A stretch of 64,000 nt of DNA from Kiritimatiellia bacterium. Its GTDB lineage: Bacteria; Verrucomicrobiota; Kiritimatiellia; JAQICX01. Location: contig JAQICX010000242.1 in NCBI GenBank assembly GCA_027858345.1, positions 2,787 through 66,786 on the forward strand, read 5' to 3'. The notes below the pieces were generated by a model. The model had not been told where the DNA came from and made no database searches. It saw nothing but the letters and a program-made list of their open reading frames with translations. Positions 10,219 through 21,600 of this stretch are shown here, piece by piece; position 1 is the stretch's first letter, and every line of letters starts with the position of its first letter. The position numbers were made by a program, and so were the translations under genes.

Positions 10219-11034
10219 TTATGTTAAAATTAATTGATCATCAAAAGGGGCTTCCCCCACACCTGTTAAAACGTTTTCCATCCATATGGCATTGGAATAT
10301 TTGCAATTGCCTCGACGTACCAGTTCAAATTCCTGCACGAGATCTAAAATCCAGATTGGAACATGTTCTGTACATTTGATTTCCATTACCAGCGATGATT
10401 CTCGACTACCATGAACCATTCCACTGTCCATGGTGATGAACCGACCTCCATCACCCCAGTTATACATATCGCGTGCTGGCTGATAGCAAAGCTTAGAATC
10501 GAAAGTGACTCTTGCATAAAAGTCTGACATACTTACGAATGCTTCGCGACTATAGCGAACATAAACCTGTGGTTCTGCTCCAAGCTCATTAGTAAGTCGT
10601 ACAAATTCACGAAAGGTCTCTCGCTCTTTGACCGTTTTAAGCTCCAATTCATCAACCCGTTTTTTAAGAATTCCTGGTGCCCAAGCATCTGTTGGAATGC
10701 AGGCACGCGATTTAATTACCTTATCGAAATATTTACGTTTGATTTCGAGAAATACAGGTGCTTTGCCTGGCGGATCACCATAAGTTCGCACCCGCAGTTT
10801 AAAGCGCTGTGGAGCTTCCCACTCTTTGGCAAAGTGTAATGAAAGTGCTGAATTGTCAAATTGTAGCGTAGTGATTGTGTAGTGTCCTCCTGCTGCAGCA
10901 CAATGCTTATCTTTCACACAATATGGACGTATAAAGTCTTTGATTGGCTCAACTAAATGACGTGGAATTATGTATTTTGCCTCGAAACGATCCAGCTCCG
11001 TGGAAAAATCAGAACTTCTATTTATACTATTCAT
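10219..11034 (-). CDS. VTC-domain polyphosphate polymerase (CYTH/TTM-like)
   Basis: RFEAKY, RFKLRVRTY, VFLEIKRK, KSR, YSREAF, RVTFD, VMEIK, CKY motifs. Confidence 0.88.
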   Translation of the reverse strand: MNSINRSSDFSTELDRFEAKYIIPRHLVEPIKDFIRPYCVKDKHCAAAGGHYTITTLQFDNSALSLHFAKEWEAPQRFKLRVRTYGDPPGKAPVFLEIKRKYFDKVIKSRACIPTDAWAPGILKKRVDELELKTVKERETFREFVRLTNELGAEPQVYVRYSREAFVSMSDFYARVTFDSKLCYQPARDMYNWGDGGRFITMDSGMVHGSRESSLVMEIKCTEHVPIWILDLVQEFELVRRGNCKYSNAIWMENVLTGVGEAPFDDQLILT

Positions 11035-11896
11035 TATTTCTCCGAATTAGGGCGAAAGTATATTCCTTAGCATTCAATTTCATGGTGCAGGCTCTATAGA
11101 GCATGCCATTGTATCTTTTTTCTGTATTACCCATAAAGTTTATTTTTTTCATTATTCCACAGTTAGTATACGAATATTTGTAAAAATATTATCAACATAA
11201 AGTGTAAATTTAAGAGGTTTCACAATCCATTTTGACACCAAAGTAAAAATACAGAACCCCCTATATAAAAGCATACTATAATAAAATACTTGGTAATGCA
11301 ATGGCGTAATTTATTGTTAACATAAATAAAACATAAAAAACACAAAAACATAATACTATAATGATATATTAATAAAAAAAAATTTAACAGTGATTTCTCT
11401 TATTATCACTATAAAGATACTTAGAGCGGCAAAGCCAGCTACTATCGTTTATCAACGGCTTGCTCCGCAAGCGGCCGTCCCACTTTCTTAACTCTTATCC
11501 CATAACTCTTACCTGTTACTAACCATATTGTCGTCGTAGAAATGGGGTTGTTTCCTTCAAAATTAAACATGTACAAAGTACAGGCAGGCAACCCGTCTGG
11601 GAATATCATGACGAGGTGACAAAATATCAGCGGGTGCAGCAATGCCCCGCTTCTTTCATGCAGTAAAATATCAAGTCAGTCATAACCGAATGAGAAATCT
11701 TACGATCAGCTAGACATTTTTTAAATCAATTTAATGCAAAAATTACTCAAACGGTCGCAACCTCTGTATCTCTCTATGATGTCTTCGCTAATCCAGCTAC
11801 TTGTTAAGTAGCTGGACGATGACATCGTGGAAATACGACCTTTTTGTACCGCTTTAATTTGAACATGCCGTACCTTTTTAATTTGATCCGCAACGG

Positions 11897-14800
11897 CTAC
11901 GGCTCAAGCTCAAGCCAGACACGACCGCGGAAGAAGTTTCCCGGTGCTTCGTCTATCCGGTTGGTATAGCTGACGGATTGTCCCTCGCCCGCCATCTTGG
12001 ACAGCCCAGTCACCTTCTGCCAGACACCAGTCGTCAGATCGTCCGCCTGCTCTAGTGCATAGTACCGAAGGCCACCCAAGCCGTAGAAACCGCCGGCTGG
12101 CACAGTCGGGAAAGACACCACCGCTGTTCCGTTGCTCATGCCGATCCCGAGCCGGAACACGCTTTGCGAGTTCACTGCGTCTGTTCCCGCCACGTACTCC
12201 TGTGCATTGGGTGCTCCGTCGCCGTCCAAGTCCGCCTGTTCGTGTTCTGCAAACTGATTCGTCCAGGCTGGATTAAGCTGGTTCAGCCACGCCTCCGGTA
12301 TGCCGGAAGCCGTCAGATTGGCCAGAAAATCGGCTGACAGGGCATGTTCGTCCCACACATTCGTAAACGCGACGTTCATCAGAGGCCCTGTTGCAAGCCC
12401 ATCCAACATCACCGAGCCGACTCCATAGAACTGGTCGGGCAGAACCACGATATTGGTCGAAGCCCCCACAGGAACCAACACGTCACCTTCAGGCACAACT
12501 CGTCCATGTGAACCGGACTCAGCCGTAATCTTGCGGTACAGCATTGAGTTGTAGGTATCGACCACAATATCATCGACCTGTCCCTCACCCGAGAAGCCGA
12601 CGCTGCTCAAGTAATTGCGATTCGTATTAGCCGCCGCGTACCATACGGACGGATGCGTCACGGGAATGCGGTTGACCCAGATCCGGAACCCGAAGGCTCC
12701 GTTCAAATCGCGGGCATAGTCCGCCATCAGGGTCAGCCGGTTAAAATCGTTCGACGAGACAACTACATCCGTCAATTCGCTACACCGGTTCGTACTGCCA
12801 GCCTGGCCATGCCATACTATTAATTTCTGGTCGCTGTTAACCCAAAGGGCGATCTGCGCCTCTGGAGTAATTTCGACCGGCACCTCATCCTCACCAGGAT
12901 TGAACGCCATGAGCATATCCACACAGACATTGTCCAGCACATCTGTCTGCTCGAACTGCTGAGTAATGCCTCTGTTGAAGGACAGGCCCTGCTTATGCGA
13001 GCCTGCAATCGGACTGTCACCCGGCTCCGCAGCCGTATACCTGTTGGTTTCAACCACTGCGCACTGAGGATCATAACCCTGCCACCCCCCTATGCCGTTC
13101 AACAACGAACCGAGTTCATAATTTTCAAAGGATTCCTTGTAAGGCAAACTATTTGGTGGGTTTACATCGGTGACAGTCACGGTAACGAAACGATTCGTCA
13201 CCAACTGCCCGTAAATCATCGTCAGCATCAATTCATACGTGCCAAGGTGCGTGAAAAACGCCTCCGCATCGGCCTGCGTTGGATTCTCCAACACGACCGA
13301 AGAGTCTCCTGGAGAAGACCAGATAAAGTGGACGGAATTCGTCATCCCGCTCAAAACCTCCGCCGACGCATGCAGACCAACACGATTTGTAAACGTCAGA
13401 TTGACTGTCGAGTTCACCTGTGCCGTAAAAGCAGGGATGTTCGTGTAAACCATAATCCATACCACCGGCGATAGGGCGTCACCCTCGTCATCAATCAGTC
13501 GTGCCGAGAGTGTTCTAACACCCTCGCGTGCCTCCAATGCAATAGTCGCAGTGTACGGAGCGGATGAATCGCTGGCCACATTCGTCCCATCAATAGCAAA
13601 AACCACCTGACTTACCGTGCCAATGATAAAGGCCGGATCCACTTCCGCCGTCACCGTAATCGAAACAGGCGACAGGAATCCAGTATTAGCCAGAGGAGCT
13701 ATCACAGCAACCTTGGCCGGGCCGTATCCAGGGGTCGGATAAATTCCAGCCACCCAACTCGCCGGGTCATCCCCGCTACTCCGACCAGTAAGATGTGTCA
13801 GTGCTCGCCCCGTACCGTCCGCTTCCGCAGGCCAAGGTGCCGCATCGTAATACGTAACCTGGTCAATCACATGCCAGGAAATGTCTTCGATCGGCGCCGG
13901 CGGATCACCAAATACCGGCCGCTCCAGTCGCACGGCGTCGGTCTTGTTGTTCAGTTGCCCGCTATACGGACCCAGCATGCGAATCTGCCCGTTGGACAGC
14001 CCGTAGGCGTCCAGGAAAGCGGTTCGCTTTGCGATGTTGTTCGAGGGATCAAATGATACTACAACCAACCGCTCGCCTGCCGACAAAACCGTATTGCTGG
14101 GAAACAGATACCCGATGCCACCAGCCAGACGCCAAGCACCCCCCACGTCGTTGACGATGTTCGTCAAAGCGATTGCCTGCGCCGTCGGGTTGTACAACTC
14201 GACGAATTCGTCGTTTTCGTTGTTCTCAGGATTAGCTGTAGTCGGCTTGGGATGGTACATGATCTCGGAGATTACCACGCTGGCGGCGGTCAACCGGTTC
14301 GAGGCGCCGGGCGTCGGGACGCCATAGAACCAGGACGCCGCCCCGTCGGGATACCGGATCAGCGGCACGCCATTCTCCTCGCCCTTGATGGACACGGCGT
14401 CCACCACGCGGTCCGTCGCTCCCGTGCCCATGCCCGGCAGGTAGGACAACAGCACCTGCTCGTCCGCCTTGTTCAGGCCGAACCCGTTGGTGATCGGATT
14501 ATGAAAATCATGGATTTCGTCAAAATAACGCCACTCGTGTGCCGCGAGCGTGTTGGTCGCCGGAATCGCCCACTTGGTCAGTTCCTCCAGATCGTCGCTC
14601 AGATACCACCCGGAACCCAGCGGGATCGGAGCCGCGGTCACGTTGTATAGTTCGATACCGTCGTTGGAGTCGTAGGGCGGGCTGTCGATGTCCGTGTGTG
14701 CCAAAATCTCGTTCAGCACCAGCGATGCGGCGGGCGCAACCGGCTCGGCCTCGCCCGGCGACCCGCCAATGTAGACACTGGCCTTCCAGTTGCCGGGATA

Positions 14801-17800
14801 GTCCAGTTCGCCGTCCGCCTGCGTCACGTCTGACAGCGGTACAAGCGAATGCCCCGCGCCGTCGGCCGCCGGCAGCCACTTGTCATTGTAAGTGAACGAC
14901 ACCACGTTGCGACCGAGCGCGTCTTCGATCTCGATCTTCTCGCCGGCGTTGTCGAGACTGGTTGACGGAAAGACGAACGCGCCGGCGATCTTGCCGACAG
15001 CCACCGTCGGATACCTGTTCGTGAACGCAATGATGTTCTTGACCACCAGCACATACTCGTCGGGATTCAGGACGGTTACGGCGCTCTCCGTGAAATCGAA
15101 CGCCACGCCCTGGGTGAAATGCAGACCGGTTAGACCGATGGGCGCGGTGCCGGCGTTCTGCAACTCGATGAATTCGTCGTCGCCGTCCAGACAGCTTTCG
15201 CCGCCGACCGATACCGGCTGGCGCGGGTGAAACATCAGCTCCGTCACCCGCAGGTCCGGCTTGTCGGCCAGCGTGAACACCGCCTCGGTCAGGGCACTCC
15301 ACTCGCCACCCGCCGAGAGCGCACGGGCCTTGACGTGCACCGTGCGCGTCAACGGCACGGCCGCGGAATACAACGTCCCCGTCGCCGCTCCCGTGCCATA
15401 CTGACGCGGATCGGAGCCGTCCAGCGTGTAGTAAATCGGGTTCCCAGCGGTCACAACCAAATTAAAGCTGTTGTCGAACAGGCCACCAAATTGGCTGAAC
15501 TCTGGTGCGTCCACGGCAGGATAAAGTCCATTAGCTTTCAGCATCTGCATGAATATCGCCGGACGCAGAGGCAAGAACGTATTCAACACGTAGTTGCGCA
15601 TAACGCGCCACTGCTCGACCGTATGAGCAGCCTGACCGTCCTGGTCTCCCCAACGTGCACTCTCTGCAACAATGGCCTGCTCAACCTCTTCCGATAGTGC
15701 CTGATAACGTGCAATTGTGACCTCCGGTGTCAATTGCCCGCCATTAAAAAGATATTTATGCACACGGTCGGCGAACCGCAACTTGTATTCCGCATTCCCA
15801 ACCAACCGACCCTGAATCACGGCTACGCCATTGATATCGCCGATCTTGTCAGTATTGAGTGTGCTCCTGTCCAACCCCAATGCCATTTCGGCATCCCAGA
15901 CACCAAACTTGAATCCTGTACTCGCCGAATCGTTCCTGTCGCGGAATGCCCGCCAGTTATTCCCCGGCCAGTCATCAACCGCTAATGCATACTGCACGAT
16001 CATATAGTCAATGTAATTCCCAACATCCAGATAGATTGGATAAGCCAGATTACGCGTGCCGTCCTCATTGTTGCCCTGCACCTTCTGATATGCCGTGTTG
16101 CTACCCTGACCGTTGGCCAGCTCGTCCAGCATAACGTTCCAAGCCGTACCATTGCCGTCTTCTACTCCATCCTGACTGATCACATCCCACGTATCGTCCC
16201 GTCCGCCGCAATAAGAGGCTGCAAACTCACCAGAAATATGTTCCGTCATATTGTAGAGTCCCCAATACAAACCGTTCAAATAAAGATGGACAAAAGTGCC
16301 GTGCGGAGAAACCCCGCCCATGGTAAGATGCGTACGCCGGACGAACTCATCAACAATATACTGCGTCCTTTCATGCCCACTGCTGTTCCAACCGTCATTG
16401 GCCCCAGAACGCAATACAAGATCGTTGAAAGAGCTGACTGCGTTGCCTGAAAAAAGATTTTCCTTCAGATGACCCTCACCATAGATGCTTCTGAACTGAA
16501 ACGTGAACGACTTCTTTCTTGTGGCACCCATGTCCCTGAAATAGCCGCCCTGAACCCGCAAACCGCAATCAATCTGAAACTTGCTGGTGTTGTCAACCTT
16601 GATAAACTCAACCGAAGCCTCGCGTTCCCAATTGTCGCCAGTTCCGAAGGGATTGACGTAAATGCCGGTCGACGAGTCGAACAAGTTCGCCTGGGGCGTC
16701 ACCACAGATATGGTGGGCAGGGAAGTCAGTGCGTTTGTCAGAGCTGCACTGGAACTCGACACGATAATCTGATCCATGCCGTAGTCAGCCGCGGTGCCGT
16801 TCCAATCTGTCGGCCAACCGGACGGCGTTGCGGACTGGCTCAAAACGTCGTCCAGCACGATATAGCTATGGGTATCAATACCCGAGGGCACCCAATCACT
16901 CTTAAATGCAGCCGCACGGATGATGGCGGTGTTAACAAAATTGAACGGTGACGAATAGAGTGAACTGGTGACCGTCGGTTGCTCGGCATTGGTCGTGTAC
17001 CGGATCTGGACTTCGGACATGTCGCAACTCGCCGTCACCTCCGGCACGGCGGTGGTGTACACGCCTCGCTTCAGAGAAAACTTGACCCCGGCCACCTCGT
17101 TACTGGGACTGGAAAACGCATTACCATCCCCCGGCGTCGGCTCAGCAAAATAGCGATACTCCCCGGTGAGACCGATACCGTAGGACATATCGTCGTATTG
17201 CTGGGGGAATTCCGGCACATACTCCGAGAGCACGGTGACACCGTCCGCCTTCACCAGCGCCAGATACTCGCCGTCGCCGCTCAGTTTGAAGTTGGCGTGC
17301 AACTCGTTGTTGGTCACCGAGTACGACTTGTCGTCGGCCCAGACCAGCAGGTAGCCTTTGCCGGGAATGGTAGACGCCGAACCAGCGGGAAACTGCCACT
17401 TCGTAGGCGTAGCCACCTTGTCCGTCAAATACCAACCGGCCAACGACACGCTGGAAGAATTCGGATTGTACAATTCGACCCAATCCCCATACTTGTCCAG
17501 CGAGTTCTTGATCGTCGTGTCATTGAGTGCCATGAATTCGTTTATGACGATATTGGTCACCACATCGGGCAGCCCGGCAATCAGTTCGGGAAGAATCAGC
17601 ATGTCAGAACTTGAACCGAGATTTAACGAGTGAACTGCTAGCACATTAGTGCCGGTCGTCAACTGTGGAAGGAATGACGTAATGTCGTAATTCTGGAAAA
17701 TCATTGCCTGGCTGTCGTCGTGACTGGCCGATGCTCGCGTATCCCAACTGGCTCCAGCCGGTGCATTGACGCGTGCGACTTCAACGCCGTTCAAATAGGC

Positions 17801-18265
17801 AATAAAACCATCATCGTACTTGACTCGCAACGTCAAGGATAAGTAAGTCTTGCCTGTCGAAACTTCGAACGGGAAACGGGTGTAAATAGCAATTGTGTTG
17901 TTTAACACTGTGGTGCCAAATAGTGCTTTATAGGTCTGATTATTGTCGTACCCCAAACCGCTGTGGCCGAAGTTCCACGTTGAATCGTTGAAGGCAGGTG
18001 CAGTCCAGTTCGTGCCGTCCAAACCATTCGCCGGCACCTGATACTGGCATGCAGCACCGGATGCCACCAGGGGCTCGTCCAGCGCCAACACCGAGCCGGC
18101 AGCAAGCCCAATACCCATCGCAATAAGAAGTGTCAACAAAAGCCCCAGCCGTTTCATACACCTTTGCATCATTGCCGATAGCATCCAATAGCCCGAACAG
18201 AAACGGTCGACCGACTCGTAGTTCTGCGTGCACAGAATTCGTTCCATGTTTGTCATTTCATTCAT
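11897..18265 (-). CDS. Large secreted lamin-tail-domain / CotH kinase protein with Fn3-like, Ig/PKD-like modules and PVC-type C-terminal domain
   Basis: LTD motifs (IVINEFMA..DWVELYN, LRVTELMFHP, LVLNEILAH, VVISEIMYHP), CotH motifs (FVHLYLNGLYWGLYNMTE, DWPGNNW, WDAE, AESARWGD), DLDGDGAPNAQEYVAGTD; visibly GC-richer than host; true start may be ATG 18157 (MKRLGLLL signal peptide). Confidence 0.88.
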   Translation of the reverse strand: MNEMTNMERILCTQNYESVDRFCSGYWMLSAMMQRCMKRLGLLLTLLIAMGIGLAAGSVLALDEPLVASGAACQYQVPANGLDGTNWTAPAFNDSTWNFGHSGLGYDNNQTYKALFGTTVLNNTIAIYTRFPFEVSTGKTYLSLTLRVKYDDGFIAYLNGVEVARVNAPAGASWDTRASASHDDSQAMIFQNYDITSFLPQLTTGTNVLAVHSLNLGSSSDMLILPELIAGLPDVVTNIVINEFMALNDTTIKNSLDKYGDWVELYNPNSSSVSLAGWYLTDKVATPTKWQFPAGSASTIPGKGYLLVWADDKSYSVTNNELHANFKLSGDGEYLALVKADGVTVLSEYVPEFPQQYDDMSYGIGLTGEYRYFAEPTPGDGNAFSSPSNEVAGVKFSLKRGVYTTAVPEVTASCDMSEVQIRYTTNAEQPTVTSSLYSSPFNFVNTAIIRAAAFKSDWVPSGIDTHSYIVLDDVLSQSATPSGWPTDWNGTAADYGMDQIIVSSSSAALTNALTSLPTISVVTPQANLFDSSTGIYVNPFGTGDNWEREASVEFIKVDNTSKFQIDCGLRVQGGYFRDMGATRKKSFTFQFRSIYGEGHLKENLFSGNAVSSFNDLVLRSGANDGWNSSGHERTQYIVDEFVRRTHLTMGGVSPHGTFVHLYLNGLYWGLYNMTEHISGEFAASYCGGRDDTWDVISQDGVEDGNGTAWNVMLDELANGQGSNTAYQKVQGNNEDGTRNLAYPIYLDVGNYIDYMIVQYALAVDDWPGNNWRAFRDRNDSASTGFKFGVWDAEMALGLDRSTLNTDKIGDINGVAVIQGRLVGNAEYKLRFADRVHKYLFNGGQLTPEVTIARYQALSEEVEQAIVAESARWGDQDGQAAHTVEQWRVMRNYVLNTFLPLRPAIFMQMLKANGLYPAVDAPEFSQFGGLFDNSFNLVVTAGNPIYYTLDGSDPRQYGTGAATGTLYSAAVPLTRTVHVKARALSAGGEWSALTEAVFTLADKPDLRVTELMFHPRQPVSVGGESCLDGDDEFIELQNAGTAPIGLTGLHFTQGVAFDFTESAVTVLNPDEYVLVVKNIIAFTNRYPTVAVGKIAGAFVFPSTSLDNAGEKIEIEDALGRNVVSFTYNDKWLPAADGAGHSLVPLSDVTQADGELDYPGNWKASVYIGGSPGEAEPVAPAASLVLNEILAHTDIDSPPYDSNDGIELYNVTAAPIPLGSGWYLSDDLEELTKWAIPATNTLAAHEWRYFDEIHDFHNPITNGFGLNKADEQVLLSYLPGMGTGATDRVVDAVSIKGEENGVPLIRYPDGAASWFYGVPTPGASNRLTAASVVISEIMYHPKPTTANPENNENDEFVELYNPTAQAIALTNIVNDVGGAWRLAGGIGYLFPSNTVLSAGERLVVVSFDPSNNIAKRTAFLDAYGLSNGQIRMLGPYSGQLNNKTDAVRLERPVFGDPPAPIEDISWHVIDQVTYYDAAPWPAEADGTGRALTHLTGRSSGDDPASWVAGIYPTPGYGPAKVAVIAPLANTGFLSPVSITVTAEVDPAFIIGTVSQVVFAIDGTNVASDSSAPYTATIALEAREGVRTLSARLIDDEGDALSPVVWIMVYTNIPAFTAQVNSTVNLTFTNRVGLHASAEVLSGMTNSVHFIWSSPGDSSVVLENPTQADAEAFFTHLGTYELMLTMIYGQLVTNRFVTVTVTDVNPPNSLPYKESFENYELGSLLNGIGGWQGYDPQCAVVETNRYTAAEPGDSPIAGSHKQGLSFNRGITQQFEQTDVLDNVCVDMLMAFNPGEDEVPVEITPEAQIALWVNSDQKLIVWHGQAGSTNRCSELTDVVVSSNDFNRLTLMADYARDLNGAFGFRIWVNRIPVTHPSVWYAAANTNRNYLSSVGFSGEGQVDDIVVDTYNSMLYRKITAESGSHGRVVPEGDVLVPVGASTNIVVLPDQFYGVGSVMLDGLATGPLMNVAFTNVWDEHALSADFLANLTASGIPEAWLNQLNPAWTNQFAEHEQADLDGDGAPNAQEYVAGTDAVNSQSVFRLGIGMSNGTAVVSFPTVPAGGFYGLGGLRYYALEQADDLTTGVWQKVTGLSKMAGEGQSVSYTNRIDEAPGNFFRGRVWLELEP

Positions 18266-18330
18266 AGTGTTTTTTCTTTTTTTTAATTTTACAATCCACC
18301 GTGATGAAAACTTTTTCTAAAAGTTTTTCT

Positions 18331-18389
18331 CGCTAACGTGTTAAGCTCACGGGCGGCGGTACGCCGTACCGTGAAGCGATTTGTTAAAA
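18331..18389 (-). other. Integron attC-like recombination site (59 bp)
   Basis: Minus strand TTTTAAC-AAATC-GCTTCACGGTACGGCG-TAC-CGCCGCCCGTGAGC-TTAACAC-GTTAGCG: R boxes (AAC/GTT), L boxes and extrahelical bases. Confidence 0.75.
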
Positions 18390-18500
18390 TTTATTTTCTA
18401 TTTTCGAATACTGATTTACTAAAAACTAATAACTTTTACTCACCAATTAAAACAAATTTTTTAAATCTTTTAAATCTTTTTTTTAACAATTATTATACGA

Positions 18501-18659
18501 CCTTAATTTTTCGGTTGAACACACTTTTTGGCGGGGTCACGGACCCCGACCCTACAGTTGCGGATGCTGCAACCAAAGCTAAATCCTTGATTTGCAAGTA
18601 TTTTGTAGGGTCGGGGTGCTTCACCCCGCCAGCCAAGGCATTCAATCTAAAAATTGAGG
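18501..18659. mobile_element. TIR-bounded composite MITE-like shell, copy E2
   Basis: CCTTAATTTTTCGGTTGAA ... TTCAATCTAAAAATTGAGG; carries two inverted GTAG-GGTCGGGGT..ACCCCGCC REP units. Confidence 0.8.
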
Positions 18660-18699
18660 TATTTATTTGAACTGTACACTTTTTATAGGAGACAAAAAA

Positions 18700-21600
18700 T
18701 TATATTTTTCTGAGGATATCATTAACTTTCTTTGTGAATTTCACAAGAGAGAATGGTTTTTCCAAGAAATGAAACCCTTTTTTGTTTAGAGATGACTTCT
18801 TAATTCTCTCTTCTGAATAGCCACTGCATAATAATATTGGTAGGTTCGGTTTTTGTTTTGCAACGATTTCAGCTAAATCCGGTCCAGAACGACCTGGAAG
18901 AATAACATCGCTTATTAACAAATCAAAATCACCTTTGTTTTCCTTGAAAATTTCTTCTGCTAATTCGGCATCATGGGCAGTTTTAACTCTGTAACCAGCG
19001 TTCTCAAGAGCCGTGGTCATTAATGATAGTATTGATGGGTCATCTTCCACAACTAGAATATGTTCGCCGTTACCAATCTTGTTGACTTCTTTGCTGGTGC
19101 CTTCGACCGTCATACTTTGCACTTTCTTCTCACATGCTGGAATATAAATTTTAAATGTTGTCCCCTTATCAACTTCACTATAAGTGTTTATCCAGCCATT
19201 ATATCTTTGAATTGTAGCATATGTTGAAGCTAATCCAAGTCCAGTTCCTTTAGAACGCCCCTTTGTTGTGAAAAATGGTTCAAAGATATGAGTAATTATT
19301 TCATCTTTCATACCTGTGCCTGTGTCAGTGATTGACATGCATACATAGCTTCCTGCGTGTATTGTTGGGTTGGCTAAAGCATCCCCTGTTGTAAATTCAA
19401 CATTATGTGTCGCAATGTTGATCACTCCACCATTTGGCATGGCATCGCGAGCATTAATAGCCATGTTGATAATTATTCGATCAATTTGCTGCTTGTCTGC
19501 TTTAACAACATATAGTCCTGGGTCGAGTGTTGTGTTTATCTTAATATTCTCGCCAACAGCACTCTTAATAATTTTTTCTGTACCTTTGACAGTTGCGTTT
19601 ATATCAATGTCTGATGTATGCACTTTTTCATCACGGCTGAAAAGTAGAAGTTGTTTTGTCAAATCAAAAGCATGTCCGGCTGCCTTTTGAATTTCATCTA
19701 AACTGCTTTTTGCAACTTCGTCATGATCAATCTCAATCATTAGCAGTTCGCTGAACCCAATAATAACCTGCATGATGTTGTTGAAGTCATGTGCAATTCC
19801 TCCCGCAAGCTGTCCAACTGCTTCCATTTTTTCGGCATGTTGAATTTTTGTTTCATATGCAATCTCATCGGTGATATCACGTTTGATGGCAACAAAATTG
19901 GTTATATACATGTTGGAATCAAGTACTGGAGATATTGTTGCCCACTCTGTATATAGTTCGCCATTTTTACGCTTGTTTATTAAACGACCTTCCCAAGTCT
20001 TTTTGGAGGTGATTACATTCCACATGTTTTCATAGAATTCAGCATCATGTTTGTCACTCTTTAGTACTCTTGGATTTTCTCCAATAGCTTCTTGTTTACT
20101 ATAACCGGTTATTTTTTCAAATGCAGGGTTTACATATTCAATTGTACCTTCACTATCAGTGATAACAACGGTATCCGAAAATTGTTCAATAGCTGCAGAA
20201 AGTCTGCGAAGTTCTTTAGTTCTATTGTTTTCATCTGCAATAAAACGAGCTTGCTGTATGTTTTGAAGTGCTGATGAGGACAGTTGTTTTGTCAGGTCGC
20301 AAAGTGCTTTGTTTATTTTGTGAAGTTGATTTTCGCTTATTACAGGCACTTTTTTGAATTCCTTGAGGAAAGACTCTTCATCAATACCAATGTTTCTCGC
20401 TTTACATAGCATTTGCTCTTCTGTCTGTGCATCATTTCTAATCTGTCCAAATAGCCAGGAAGCAATATGTTTATCTCCTGCATAGATATTTGCACTTAGT
20501 TCCCACAATCCTGTTTTGGGACATATGTAGATGTAAGAATCGTCAGTAAATTCCTCGGGTTGTATTTGAGAAAAATTTATTTTATAGCTCTCAACCAAAC
20601 TTAGTGACTGATGTTCTAGTATCATGGTGCATAGATATGGATAATTACTTGGTTTAGTTATTGGTGTTCCATCTGGTGAAACAATTATTGATGCCAAGTT
20701 CATTGCAGCTGCAAAATTATCCTGTGTTTTCTGTATGTCGGCTATGTTGAACAACTCTTCAAATGTTATGTTATTGATATCTTCTTTTGGACTGGTTAGG
20801 GTTAATATACGATTTTCAATTGTCTGCTGCAGTTCTTTTTGCGTTGTTATGTCGCGAATTATAGAGCATATCAATTGAGAATCTTCAAAATCAAGAAAGT
20901 TTTTGGTAACTTCAGTAGGGAATGTTGTTCCGTCTTTTTTACAGTGAATTCTCTCTAATTTAACATACTTTTTCGTTTTGAGTTCATTCCATATACTATC
21001 CCAGTTTTCATAGTTATTTTCATTGTCTAAATCATAGATATGCATAGAAAGTAGTTCTTGTTTGCTATATCCATATAACTCAGAGACAATATCGTTCACA
21101 TAGACAATTTGTCCTTCAATGTTGCTCCAAATCACAACATCTGCCAGGTTATCAACAGCAAATTGTGTCTGTTTAAGCTGTTTCTCAAGTTGTTTCTGTC
21201 CTGTGATATCACTGAATGTAACCGCAAAGTGATTTGGTGCGGTGCGGAATGCTCTAACTGAATAGTATCTCTTAAGTTCACTTGAGTAGTTGTCGTAAAG
21301 AATTGTTCTGCCCGTGTTTACAACTTTTTCAAATGCTTCAATCCAGTAGTCTTCTGTTCCAGGTAATGCTTCTTTTACCGTTTTTCCAATTAGGCTATCT
21401 GCTTTTAAACCTGTTAAATCCTCAAAAGCTGGATTAACTTGAAGATATCGATAATCCACCGCTTTTCCATTCTCATCATAAATCATTTCGTGCAGAGCAA
21501 ATCCCACAGGAACATTTTCGAAAAGAGTTCGGTATCTTTCTTCACTGTCGGTCAGCAATTTATTTGCATTACGTTCAGCGGTCTGGTCTCCGAATGCCAT

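Noticed and set aside
11442..11880. Possible gene remnant between VTC and CotH genes
   Set aside because: Looks like coding debris but I could not assign any family in any frame; needs BLASTX.
12055..18233. Many overlapping or antisense ORFs within the CotH gene and within rpoBC
   Set aside because: Expected shadow ORFs of GC-rich or codon-biased genes.
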